DNA of 62,780 bases from positions 1 through 62,780 of the IMG/VR virus record IMGVR_UViG_3300021197_001333. One strand, 5' to 3'. The translations under genes and the position numbers were made by a program. Positions 37,262 to 45,864 of the stretch are shown here, piece after piece. Under the pieces are notes generated by a model, which ran no database searches, was not told the DNA's origin, and saw only the letters and a list, made by a program, of their open reading frames with translations. Each line of letters starts with the position of its first letter. The stretch's first letter is position 1. Source of the stretch: a virus. Its lineage: Duplodnaviria > Caudoviricetes.

Positions 37262-39010
37262 TTATGGAGTCGTACACTCCTGTACTAAAACTCGAACACT
37301 GTTAGCCCCTAAAGTAGTTTGTGAAGTAAGAGTAACGTTATCGTCATCTGTTCTTGTAACATGGAAATTTATAGTATCGTACAAACCGCTATCTCGATAC
37401 GCTTGGACTCTAACATTTTTAGTGCCTAAACTATGATTTACTGTCATAGTGGTACCTCCATAAGTACCTGCAAAAGCTTTAGCGTTAAAGTCTGCTTGTA
37501 CTTCGGTAGAGAAATCGGAAATCTGACCCGTATCGTCAGCTATATCTGCTGCAGAAGCCGGGAGAACGATATCATTAGCCGCAATATCTGTAACCCTTCC
37601 AAACTCATCGGTAGATAGTGTAATAGATTTATCAGCAGCTCCAAAAGTTCCTACGTCATTTGCTACCTCGTCTAGCTTAGGCTCTCCCGCAGCAGCCATA
37701 GAAAAACCGCTATTACCATCGTAGTACGCTATACCGAATACATCGTTTTCCGCTAAACCGATATTACTCTGTACTACCTCCCAATTTGAAAGTTGACTTG
37801 GGTCGTCAGTATTTGCAATAAGCCAATCTCCCGCTCGCAAAGTTTCTCCAAAAAAAGTATCGGTTACACCCGTTACCACCCACGCTTGACCTTTCGTTAT
37901 AGAGTTGGGAGAGGTAGTAAGGTCAGGGGTATTAGTACTTACACTATACTCCCCTTGTAAATTAAATACCTCACCCGCAGTATCGTCAACAAATTTCTTA
38001 GATACGCTATCAGAACCTGTATCAGGGTCGTCAGTATCAAGTCCTGTAATTTGATAGGCAGTACCACTAGTGGTCATAGATAAATCTCCGTCAGCATCTC
38101 CCAAAGTACTTAAAGGAGCATCACTAATTTCAGCCTTTTGATTTTGCACAGAAGAATATTCTGAATAAGCAATTGAATCAGTATCGGCAGTTCCCGCATC
38201 AACTACCTCTAAACTGCTGTCCGTTAAATCGAGAGTAGATATAATTTTTGGAATTGTCGCAACAATAGTTACCTCAGTAATTAACCCTACTCCTCCTTCG
38301 AAATCTATAGTAGTTCCATTAGGGACAGCCTGTGTAGTGGTACCATCACTCATCGTCCATACCCCTAAGTCATTTTCCGGTACTACCCAATTACCATCTC
38401 CACGAAGGAAATATGTGGAACCTAAAGACGCACTTGAAGGGACATACCCCACCAAACTACCTCCTTTATATATCCTAGGCTTAATTGTAAACTCTTCCGG
38501 ATTAGGTTCATCAAGAGTAAGAGGAGCATAAGGTGCGGAGCCTGATTGGTCTGTTGCGGTAATAATTTCAATCTCCTCTACCCCACCCGTAGTAGTAATT
38601 AAAGCTAAAATTTCAGATATAGTACGTTGACTTACAAGAGGGTCTTCAGTAGATTGATAAGCAAGGAACCCATCTGTTGTAGATAATCCTCCCCCATTTG
38701 TCGCTTGACCTATAAAGTTTTTATTTGGATTTGAATTTTGATACCTAAGCTGAATAGTTATAGCGCCGGTAGTAGCATCAACTTGAACTCCATTTTGAGC
38801 ATCCAAACTTTCTACCCCTCCCGTACCTGTAAGGTCTACCCATGCCGTTCCATTATAGAAAGAGAAAGTATCCGTAGCTTGGTCGAAAGCTATTCTACCT
38901 GTAAAGTTATCCGCAGCAGCTATATTATCTACGTCTGCAACAATTTCAAGAGAAACATCTAGAAGTTGATTGGTAGCTAAGTCTATATCGTCGTAATAAA
39001 ATATAGGCAT
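37262..39010 (-). CDS. fibre-like structural protein, paralogue of 39015..40682
   Basis: Shares DI.L..NQ..DVSLE, Y.GGS.VGYVP...FL.G.G.W, ITGL..P....D...K..VD and H.LGT..V.VQ.Y. Confidence 0.65.
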   Translation of the reverse strand: MPIFYYDDIDLATNQLLDVSLEIVADVDNIAAADNFTGRIAFDQATDTFSFYNGTAWVDLTGTGGVESLDAQNGVQVDATTGAITIQLRYQNSNPNKNFIGQATNGGGLSTTDGFLAYQSTEDPLVSQRTISEILALITTTGGVEEIEIITATDQSGSAPYAPLTLDEPNPEEFTIKPRIYKGGSLVGYVPSSASLGSTYFLRGDGNWVVPENDLGVWTMSDGTTTQAVPNGTTIDFEGGVGLITEVTIVATIPKIISTLDLTDSSLEVVDAGTADTDSIAYSEYSSVQNQKAEISDAPLSTLGDADGDLSMTTSGTAYQITGLDTDDPDTGSDSVSKKFVDDTAGEVFNLQGEYSVSTNTPDLTTSPNSITKGQAWVVTGVTDTFFGETLRAGDWLIANTDDPSQLSNWEVVQSNIGLAENDVFGIAYYDGNSGFSMAAAGEPKLDEVANDVGTFGAADKSITLSTDEFGRVTDIAANDIVLPASAADIADDTGQISDFSTEVQADFNAKAFAGTYGGTTMTVNHSLGTKNVRVQAYRDSGLYDTINFHVTRTDDDNVTLTSQTTLGANSVRVLVQECTTP

Positions 39011-39014
39011 GTTA

Positions 39015-40682
39015 TTATAGTATTTTAGTGATTAAAGCTTCCATAGCGGAGGCTCCCGGAACATAAGAGCCTGTATCTACAGTAACATAATTGATGTTAG
39101 TTCTGCTCACACTACACTCTACGGTATCCTCAGTCGCCACTTCATAGACTTGAACCATAACATCACGGGTTCCCAAATTATGTTGAAGGGTAAAAGAGCT
39201 AGCTTGTGCATCTCCAAAGGGTTCAGTAATACTATAAGACTCTATTACAGTCTCTACCGCAGCAGTAAAGTTCGTAATATCAGAAGTAGTGATACTTATA
39301 GCAGCAGCATTAACAGCTGTAATTTTTCCAAAAGCATCGGTAGTAATTGTAAGAGATTCAGAGGTACTTCCTTCATCGGTTTTTTCATCTCCTGTAGAAA
39401 GCTTAACGACTCCGGCAGTATTTGTTCCGGCTGTCATAGTAGCAAATCCATTTCCGGTAGGGAACTTAGCTATACCCGCTACAGAGTTGGTAGCTAAGTC
39501 GATATTGTTCTGAACTATATCAAATAAAGAATCCGCAGGGTTTGAATCGGCAGCGATATCGTCATTAATAATAATTAAATCTCCTACTTCTACCGCTTCA
39601 GAACCAATACCAAAGTCTCCGGGAGTACTAACGGAATATACATCACCTTTAGTAGAAGCGATATTAGTTGTATCCCAAAGCGCAGGGCTATTAGTATTCG
39701 CGTTATATGCACCTTTAAAAGTTAATCCACCTACGATAGCGGCATCGACATAAGCTTTAGTAGCCGCATCTTGGTCGTTAGTAGGGTCAGCAAGACCGGT
39801 GATTTTATTACTCCCCATACCCACATTGGCGGTAGGAGTTCCGAAGAGGTTGATAGGGATACCTTGTAGTTGTTTGGTACCTTGAGTGCCGCCCCATACT
39901 CCCGCTACTCGGTCTGTTCCCGAAGCGGTAGAAGTATTAGCGGAAAGCTCGTCAAGCCTGAGAGTAAGGGTTAGGGTATTAGAACTAACTGCCGTAGCTA
40001 TTCCATCACCACCCTGAAACAATAAGGTGGTTCCATCAGAAATTGTTTGGGGTGACCCGCTGTCACCTGCTACGTCCCACTCAGCTTGGGTGTCAATAGG
40101 AGTAGCCCAATCTCCATTACCGTTTAAAAAGGTAAGAGACCCTCCACCCACAGGGACATAACCGACATTACTTCCTCCATTGTACGGATGAGAAGTTAAA
40201 GTAACAGCTCCGGTAGGTGAGTTCTGAGAAATAGGAACTCCGGTACTATCACTACCGACAGCTACCGCTAAGGAAGTAACGTCAGAAGTAGCAAGGGAAA
40301 TAATATCATTAATAGTATATCTTAGAACCGTACCACCATCGTTAACTATAAACTCATCACCCGTTGCAAGAGTAGTACCTGCACCTGCAGCAGAGACGAT
40401 ATTATCACCCGCAGTGGTATAGTCTACCTCTACAACAGGATTGTTAGCGTCACCACCTGTAATTTTTACTCCGTTAGTGGCAGTTACCGTAGTAACGTCT
40501 CCCGCTCCGTCGAGCTCTATCCAAGCAGCCCCGTTGTAATAACGGATAGCATTTTGAGTAGTGTTGTAATATATCTGCCCTTCAAAACCCGCCGGTTCGG
40601 AACCTGTAGCAAGTCTCTCTAAAGAGACGTCTTTAATTTGGTTAGAATCAAGGGTAATATCATTATAAATTTTTATAGCCAT
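39015..40682 (-). CDS. fibre-like structural protein, paralogue of 37262..39010
   Basis: See paralogue; KITGLADPT..QDAATKAYVD fibre motif. Confidence 0.65.
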   Translation of the reverse strand: MAIKIYNDITLDSNQIKDVSLERLATGSEPAGFEGQIYYNTTQNAIRYYNGAAWIELDGAGDVTTVTATNGVKITGGDANNPVVEVDYTTAGDNIVSAAGAGTTLATGDEFIVNDGGTVLRYTINDIISLATSDVTSLAVAVGSDSTGVPISQNSPTGAVTLTSHPYNGGSNVGYVPVGGGSLTFLNGNGDWATPIDTQAEWDVAGDSGSPQTISDGTTLLFQGGDGIATAVSSNTLTLTLRLDELSANTSTASGTDRVAGVWGGTQGTKQLQGIPINLFGTPTANVGMGSNKITGLADPTNDQDAATKAYVDAAIVGGLTFKGAYNANTNSPALWDTTNIASTKGDVYSVSTPGDFGIGSEAVEVGDLIIINDDIAADSNPADSLFDIVQNNIDLATNSVAGIAKFPTGNGFATMTAGTNTAGVVKLSTGDEKTDEGSTSESLTITTDAFGKITAVNAAAISITTSDITNFTAAVETVIESYSITEPFGDAQASSFTLQHNLGTRDVMVQVYEVATEDTVECSVSRTNINYVTVDTGSYVPGASAMEALITKIL

Positions 40683-40688
40683 AGTAAA

Positions 40689-41417
40689 TCAATTAAAAAA
40701 TGCAAAGCCACGTATGGCAGTAGAAAAAGTTAGTGTAACGGTATTTAAAGAGTCGTATTCTATATTAGGATATATTTCTTCTTTATTTTTGCTTGTAACA
40801 GAAACAGCACAGTATTTATTTAAGTTGTGAGTAACTTGCCATACCGCAGAAGGGACGGTCTGTTCGTAAGAAAAGTTTTTGTCTCCGGCGCTATTGGCTG
40901 AATCGTAATCTAAAATAGTAACGAAGTAGTCTTTTAAAGGTTCGAAAAATCCCGGACCACTAACATATATTAAAGTAATTTCATAGAAATTAGGCTCCCC
41001 AACGACTTGGACAGAGTTTTGCCATTTGAAACTTCCCCAATTAGAGATTTTATCACATTGGGAAATCATAACGACAGAACCGATAAGAGGGTTAGAATAA
41101 AAACTCCCTAAATTATCCTCATATCTCTGTAATTGAAACTTGCTTATACGGATAGTAGTAACCGTATTGAAAGAAACATTGGTTTCTATAGTGCCCGGAA
41201 AAGTAATAGAACCCTCAGGACGAGAACGGGTAGGGTAATAGACATCATACTCATACCGCAGAGAATTGGATTCAACTTTATTGAATCCATTTATAAACTC
41301 CATCACATTGTCTGCGGTGAAATTTTTTGTGGCCATAGAATTAGAAGCATCACTACCTATCCATTTATCTGTACCTATAATATCGGTATCTAAAGGGTAA
41401 GAGCTAATTCGTGACAT
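40689..41417 (-). CDS. structural protein
   Basis: N-terminal motif shared with 33093..33659; C-terminal W.VTHNL.KY domain. Confidence 0.55.
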   Translation of the reverse strand: MSRISSYPLDTDIIGTDKWIGSDASNSMATKNFTADNVMEFINGFNKVESNSLRYEYDVYYPTRSRPEGSITFPGTIETNVSFNTVTTIRISKFQLQRYEDNLGSFYSNPLIGSVVMISQCDKISNWGSFKWQNSVQVVGEPNFYEITLIYVSGPGFFEPLKDYFVTILDYDSANSAGDKNFSYEQTVPSAVWQVTHNLNKYCAVSVTSKNKEEIYPNIEYDSLNTVTLTFSTAIRGFAFFN

Positions 41418-41447
41418 ACGTCAAAGATACAAGAAAATCTATAAAGC

Positions 41448-41657
41448 TTATACAGGAGGAAATATCACCGTAATTCCATATTCTGCTAACCTATCCTCCC
41501 AATTTTGTTGTGAGGTATATAGCTCTATCGTATCCCATGGCGTGTCTACACACTCATCGGTATTAAAAGAAGCATAGGCTTTCACCTCTAACTTTAAATC
41601 AGTAGCGAAACATATAAACCATGTTTCTTCTGTAGGGTAACAAATTTCTTGACTCAT
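41448..41657 (-). CDS. hypothetical protein
   Basis: 69-aa ORF in the late arm. Confidence 0.5.
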   Translation of the reverse strand: MSQEICYPTEETWFICFATDLKLEVKAYASFNTDECVDTPWDTIELYTSQQNWEDRLAEYGITVIFPPV

Positions 41658-41669
41658 AATTTTTATATA

Positions 41670-42470
41670 TTAAACACTTCCTCCATCAACGATAGTCCAT
41701 CCTTTAGCTACTAAAAGAGCTCTAGCCGAAGCAGCAGAGCCGCCCGCAGTATATTGTGCTGAAATACCAAAAGTTACCCCACTTTGTACATCTTGTATAG
41801 ACCATGCGATAAGTAAAGCGTCATAATTAGCCACACTCATAGCAGTACCTGTAAAAGCAAGTGCAAAATTGGTGATATTAGTTACATCCCAACTGCTTAT
41901 ATCCTCATTGTAATAAGGAGAGTTATAACAAAGGAACTGACAGATGGTTGTATTAGACATATCCCATCCTGATAATCCACTTGTAAAACCTGTAGAGTTA
42001 GTAAGATAAAATGCTCCCGCTATATTTCCGGTATTAGCAGGACTATCCGTAGCAGAAACAGTAAGATTATCACATCCCGAAAAAGAAAAAGGAGCGCCTC
42101 CTAAATCTAAATTACTTCCTCCCCAATTGAAAATTTCTTTAATCTTTAACCTATCTCCCGCTAAAGCAAAAACAAATTGTTCTAATGTACCCGTACACTC
42201 AATAGTATATATTCCACCCGCACTATAAACATGTGTTGTTTCACTTTGGTTCCAAGTAGTGATAGTATCAGTGGTACTATCACCCCAATCTACCTCAAAG
42301 TCATAAGTACCTGAAACCTTTAAAGGAAGAACAAAAGTATCATTAGCAGAACCCGCTTTTGAAGTATCCACAGAAAACTTAAATCCTGTAACAGGAGGAG
42401 GCGAAGGGGCAATAGAAGCCGCTCCTCCTATGCCGCTTAAATCAACTCCTATTTGTATAGATAATGGCAT
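41670..42470 (-). CDS. PKD-like plus DUF285/BspA-type repeat protein
   Basis: VDWGD..H.Y...G.Y (PKD-like); LSGWDMSN and NEDISSWDVTN repeats; NYDALL..WS and GWTIVDGG C-terminus. Confidence 0.7.
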   Translation of the reverse strand: MPLSIQIGVDLSGIGGAASIAPSPPPVTGFKFSVDTSKAGSANDTFVLPLKVSGTYDFEVDWGDSTTDTITTWNQSETTHVYSAGGIYTIECTGTLEQFVFALAGDRLKIKEIFNWGGSNLDLGGAPFSFSGCDNLTVSATDSPANTGNIAGAFYLTNSTGFTSGLSGWDMSNTTICQFLCYNSPYYNEDISSWDVTNITNFALAFTGTAMSVANYDALLIAWSIQDVQSGVTFGISAQYTAGGSAASARALLVAKGWTIVDGGSV

Positions 42471-42542
42471 AAAATTATACTAAAGTATAAAATATACATA
42501 CATCGCTAGTACAAGTAGAGTGCCAATAACATTTACTTATAG

Positions 42543-43265
42543 TTACCATAGCGCAACGATATTCGTGGAAGCAGTTCCCGTAGACCATACTCGGACGCAC
42601 TGAACCGGAAGGAATCCCCCCTTAGGGAAGGCACTAAATATAATATCATTGCCCGCAGCAGTAGTAACTTTAATATCTGCATTAGTAGCACCTCCTCCTA
42701 CGTAGACTACGAAAGGCTCCGTATTAGAGTTCATCTGTGCCGTGTTTTGATATATAGTATATCCATCAGCACCTCCAAAAATATCAGCACTTAAAGCTAA
42801 AGAAGCTGAGTAAACAGCAGTAACAGTAGCGTAGGCAGGAGTAGTGGTATCTACAACGATATCTCCTACCTTGATTCCTAAATCAAAGAACCCTCCCGTA
42901 TATACTTTATATGTATCAGCTAAATCATCAAAAACATTAGCAGAAACAGAGAGGATTTTTTCACTATCTACAGCAGTTACATGAACATAAAGACCTGAAG
43001 TTACATTAACTATAGTGTCACCGACTTTTACATCTGTAAAAGATACAGCAGGAGTAGCACCTGTAACATTTAATTTACCTGAGGCAACAACTCCCGGAGA
43101 ACCTGTATAGCTTTCGGTGGCTATTTTTACATCATTTAATACATCAGTATAGTTACCATCGGCTCTTCCCGAAGTTTTGTTCGGACGGCTAGGGTTAATA
43201 GGGTTAATACTGTCCGAAAGGATAACATCAGCAGCCTGCGTGGGTTGTAATTTTTGATATGCCAT
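42543..43265 (-). CDS. structural protein with an internal duplicated beta module
   Basis: MAYQKLQ...VYVG...FLPVQ..RVWSTGT...IVALW frame with two KVGD.(I/V)V..T....VTAV.S repeats. Confidence 0.55.
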   Translation of the reverse strand: MAYQKLQPTQAADVILSDSINPINPSRPNKTSGRADGNYTDVLNDVKIATESYTGSPGVVASGKLNVTGATPAVSFTDVKVGDTIVNVTSGLYVHVTAVDSEKILSVSANVFDDLADTYKVYTGGFFDLGIKVGDIVVDTTTPAYATVTAVYSASLALSADIFGGADGYTIYQNTAQMNSNTEPFVVYVGGGATNADIKVTTAAGNDIIFSAFPKGGFLPVQCVRVWSTGTASTNIVALW

Positions 43266-43277
43266 TTTTTAATTTTT

Positions 43278-43775
43278 TTATGCTAAGTCTACTAATACAA
43301 CTCTTTTCCATGTAGCATTCCCCGCGTCTCCGCTAACAGTGCATACGTAAATAGCTATAGCATCGAAAAGGATATCTCCTTGGGTTCCTGCAGTAGCAGC
43401 GTCCGTTGGAGCAGAAGCTACAAAAGCACTACGCAAACTACCTACAACCCCTCCTGTTATAGAAATAGTAGGGGTCTCAATATCTGTAGTAGCAGTAAGA
43501 GTTCCTGAAGAAACAGCTCCGCTTACTGTCAAGAGGCTACCATTATAGGTTAAAGATGCAGAACCTTCTATCTCATTAGCTGTAGTTGCACCTACCGCTA
43601 TTTGATTGTCTGCTATAGAACCACCAATATCGCCTACACTGCCTGTAACAGTATTTATAATATCAGTCATAGTATAAACAGTACGGTCAGCGTTAGCCAT
43701 AGCCGAGCCACGGTTCGTAGTGGATACGTCAGGAGCTAGAGTGTGGAATTGTTGTAAATCAGGTATAGTAGCCAT
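43278..43775 (-). CDS. short fibre/decoration-like protein
   Basis: C-terminal AP......GT.GDI..D...IYVC......WKR motif. Confidence 0.55.
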   Translation of the reverse strand: MATIPDLQQFHTLAPDVSTTNRGSAMANADRTVYTMTDIINTVTGSVGDIGGSIADNQIAVGATTANEIEGSASLTYNGSLLTVSGAVSSGTLTATTDIETPTISITGGVVGSLRSAFVASAPTDAATAGTQGDILFDAIAIYVCTVSGDAGNATWKRVVLVDLA

Positions 43776-43927
43776 TAGTTATATGGGAATTTTTTGTTTA
43801 GAGAGTCACGCTTGTCAGAACACCCACAGTCTTTTTCTAAGACGTCAGATACCTTATCCACTACAGCCTTAATGCCCGTAGCAGTGGTAATCTTTTCTAT
43901 GGTGTCTCCTAAACCTCGTGATTTCAT
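43775..43927 (-). CDS. small conserved-looking protein (50 aa, not in the ORF track)
   Basis: MKSRGLGDTIEKITTATGIKAVVDKVSDVLEKDCGCSDKRDSLNKKFPYN; start and stop overlap both neighbours. Confidence 0.7.
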   Translation of the reverse strand: MKSRGLGDTIEKITTATGIKAVVDKVSDVLEKDCGCSDKRDSLNKKFPYN

Positions 43928-44085
43928 TTCTTTTTTGCTTTGCCTTTTACCTTCTTTAGGTTAGGGTTTTTTCTTTTTGCTTTAGCAGAAGCTTTGCGAG
44001 AAGCAGAAGCTAAGATAGCGCCTGCAGCTTTTTTGCTGTAGCCACCTTTTCTAGCGATTTTATTTGCGACAGATTTAAAACTCAT
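43924..44085 (-). CDS. small Lys/Ala-rich basic protein (53 aa, not in the ORF track)
   Basis: MSFKSVANKIARKGGYSKKAAGAILASASRKASAKAKRKNPNLKKVKGKAKKK; ATGA overlaps on both sides. Confidence 0.7.
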   Translation of the reverse strand: MSFKSVANKIARKGGYSKKAAGAILASASRKASAKAKRKNPNLKKVKGKAKKK

Positions 44086-44288
44086 TTTTTCTTCTTTCTT
44101 TTTGGTGAGTTGTCATAACTTGTGCTAGTTACAGCAGGGTAACTACCCTTATTAGGTCTTGTCCAAGGAGCATTAGATGTATCATCATCTGCATCGAACC
44201 AAGTTCCCTTAGGAGCTTTAGATTTACTCTTCTTCTTCTTCTTAGGGTCTCCGTAAGTAGGAGCTAAAGGTGTACCTAAATCTCTCAT
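44082..44288 (-). CDS. small basic protein
   Basis: Poly-Lys tracts; ATGA coupling. Confidence 0.6.
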   Translation of the reverse strand: MRDLGTPLAPTYGDPKKKKKSKSKAPKGTWFDADDDTSNAPWTRPNKGSYPAVTSTSYDNSPKRKKKK

Positions 44289-44482
44289 TTTAAACTATGC
44301 TTATGCCATTTTAAATTATCACTACGGTACTCCATGCCTTTGTCTGCACCATAAGAATGGCCGTACATTTTTTTAGACATAGCTTTAGACTCATCGCGGC
44401 GGTCTTTCATAGATTGAGACTTCTTGCCGTTACGTGCGCCTAGTGACTCATCGAGTCGTGAGTTGTATCCTTGCTTTTTCAT
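44285..44482 (-). CDS. small basic protein
   Basis: QGYNSRLDESLG...QS.KDRRDESK motif; -7 element at 44487-44494. Confidence 0.65.
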   Translation of the reverse strand: MKKQGYNSRLDESLGARNGKKSQSMKDRRDESKAMSKKMYGHSYGADKGMEYRSDNLKWHKHSLK

Positions 44483-44511
44483 GTTACAAATATAGGTATA
44501 TAAAGTTTAGG

Positions 44512-44784
44512 TTATTTCTTAGATTTAGCTCCCACACATTTCCACCTCTTGCGAGATAAGTTATTGGGAGTGTTAGGATTGTTTTGTTTCTTTTTAGATA
44601 ATCCCCTCTTAATGCCTAAGCTACGAGCACAATAACTGTCACCCTTAGAAGTGCCCGGACGAACTCTCGGACCGCCACCTTTAGCTTTCCCCGCTTGGCC
44701 ATAGCTTACCTTCTTTCCACTAGAAGTAACCTTTACCCTAGCCTTACCTTTTCTAGGTCTAGACATTTTAGTTCTTGTAGCCAT
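44512..44784 (-). CDS. small basic protein with SYCARS...RKRWKC motif
   Basis: Lys/Arg-rich; KKVSYGQ..PGT.KGDSYCARS..W.C pattern recurrent in marine phages (recalled). Confidence 0.7.
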   Translation of the reverse strand: MATRTKMSRPRKGKARVKVTSSGKKVSYGQAGKAKGGGPRVRPGTSKGDSYCARSLGIKRGLSKKKQNNPNTPNNLSRKRWKCVGAKSKK

Positions 44785-44787
44785 AGG

Positions 44788-44997
44788 TTATTTCTTTTTG
44801 CGTCCAAACCCACTTAACCCCTGAAGACCCGTAACAATACCGCTAGAAGCTTTACGCTTCTTACGGCGAGCGATAGCTCGGTCACTACGCATCTTAGTGA
44901 TAGCAGCTTTGCGAGCAGCGTTACGCTTTTTATTAGCTGTAGTTATATCAGCTAAGACTTTTGATAAAGGAGTTTTTTGCTTTTGTTCGTCAGGCAT
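44788..44997 (-). CDS. small basic protein
   Basis: Arg/Lys-rich 69 aa; first gene after the promoter at 45018-45025. Confidence 0.6.
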   Translation of the reverse strand: MPDEQKQKTPLSKVLADITTANKKRNAARKAAITKMRSDRAIARRKKRKASSGIVTGLQGLSGFGRKKK

Positions 44998-45008
44998 GGT
45001 AATGTGTT

Positions 45009-45025
45009 TAACTTTGTCAAAGTTA
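45009..45025. promoter_or_regulatory. palindromic pair of Bacteroidota -7 elements (TAACTTTG-T-CAAAGTTA)
   Basis: Perfect 8-bp inverted repeat; each arm matches TAnnTTTG on its strand, between divergent genes. Confidence 0.65.
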
Positions 45026-45042
45026 CAATAAAAAAAATCTAA

Positions 45043-45483
45043 TTGAATTTACCTCACGATTACCTCAAATTTTGGAGAGTAATACGTTACTTTATAAAAG
45101 CAAAGTACGGACTCTCACAGTCAGACCTAGACGCCCTACTCTTCCTATACACCGAATCATACTTCGATAAAGCTAAGTTTAAAGAGTTCGATAGACTCGT
45201 CAGTTGGGACCTAAATAGGTTTAATAGACTCCTGAAAGATGGATGGATAGACGTATTTAGAAAAGGAAGCGGGAAAAGAAGAACACTGTACGAATTGTCA
45301 TACAAAGGAAAACGAGTAGTAAACTCTATATATAAAAAATTGAGTGGAGAGGAAATCCCTACCACCCAATCTTCTAATCCTTTGTTCGCAAAAAATGTCT
45401 CATATACAGACCGTATATACAGACAGATGATAGAGGAGATGAACGCCGCTACACGACAACGACGACATCAGGCTCCCGAATAA
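45043..45483 (+). CDS. winged-helix (MarR-like) DNA-binding protein, sole plus-strand gene in the late arm
   Basis: LSQSDLDALLFLY...RLLKDGWI.VFR......YELSYKGK winged-HTH pattern; TTG start uncertain. Confidence 0.6.
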   Translation: MNLPHDYLKFWRVIRYFIKAKYGLSQSDLDALLFLYTESYFDKAKFKEFDRLVSWDLNRFNRLLKDGWIDVFRKGSGKRRTLYELSYKGKRVVNSIYKKLSGEEIPTTQSSNPLFAKNVSYTDRIYRQMIEEMNAATRQRRHQAPE

Positions 45484-45706
45484 TAGTGATGACCTTTTCA
45501 TCAATCATCATAGTGTGACCCGCACCCCTGTCGTAGAAGATGACGTCACCCGATTTAATCTGAGTAACCTCAGTGCCCGGAGAGATAACAGTGCCTTTCC
45601 TATAGCGGAAGTCACCAACGTCTTGCGCTGAAAGAACTAACCCACCCGAAGTTTTTACCTCCTCTGCGATAGGCTCGATAGCTATATATTTTCCTATTGG
45701 TTTCAT
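45449..45706 (-). CDS. groES: co-chaperonin GroES
   Basis: MKPIG..I.IEP..E.KTSGGL.L...G.VIS.G.....IKSGD.I.Y...IIRE.DV. Confidence 0.85.
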   Translation of the reverse strand: MKPIGKYIAIEPIAEEVKTSGGLVLSAQDVGDFRYRKGTVISPGTEVTQIKSGDVIFYDRGAGHTMMIDEKVITIIREPDVVVVV

Positions 45707-45864
45707 AATTTACTATATGTTATTACTGTTTCAAGATTACATTTCTCATTAGGACAAGCAAGGTTAGAAACGATACCCTTCTCGTCAAGGATGTCGTAGT
45801 CCTCATATGAGTGGTCTCCACCCCATATCAAAGGAGTAGAGCAGGTAGGGCAAGCCATAGTCAT
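45703..45864 (-). CDS. small zinc-ribbon protein between groEL and groES (53 aa, not in the ORF track)
   Basis: MTMACPTCSTPLIWGGDHSYEDYDILDEKGIVSNLACPNEKCNLETVITYSKL; ATGA overlaps with both groEL and groES. Confidence 0.65.
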   Translation of the reverse strand: MTMACPTCSTPLIWGGDHSYEDYDILDEKGIVSNLACPNEKCNLETVITYSKL

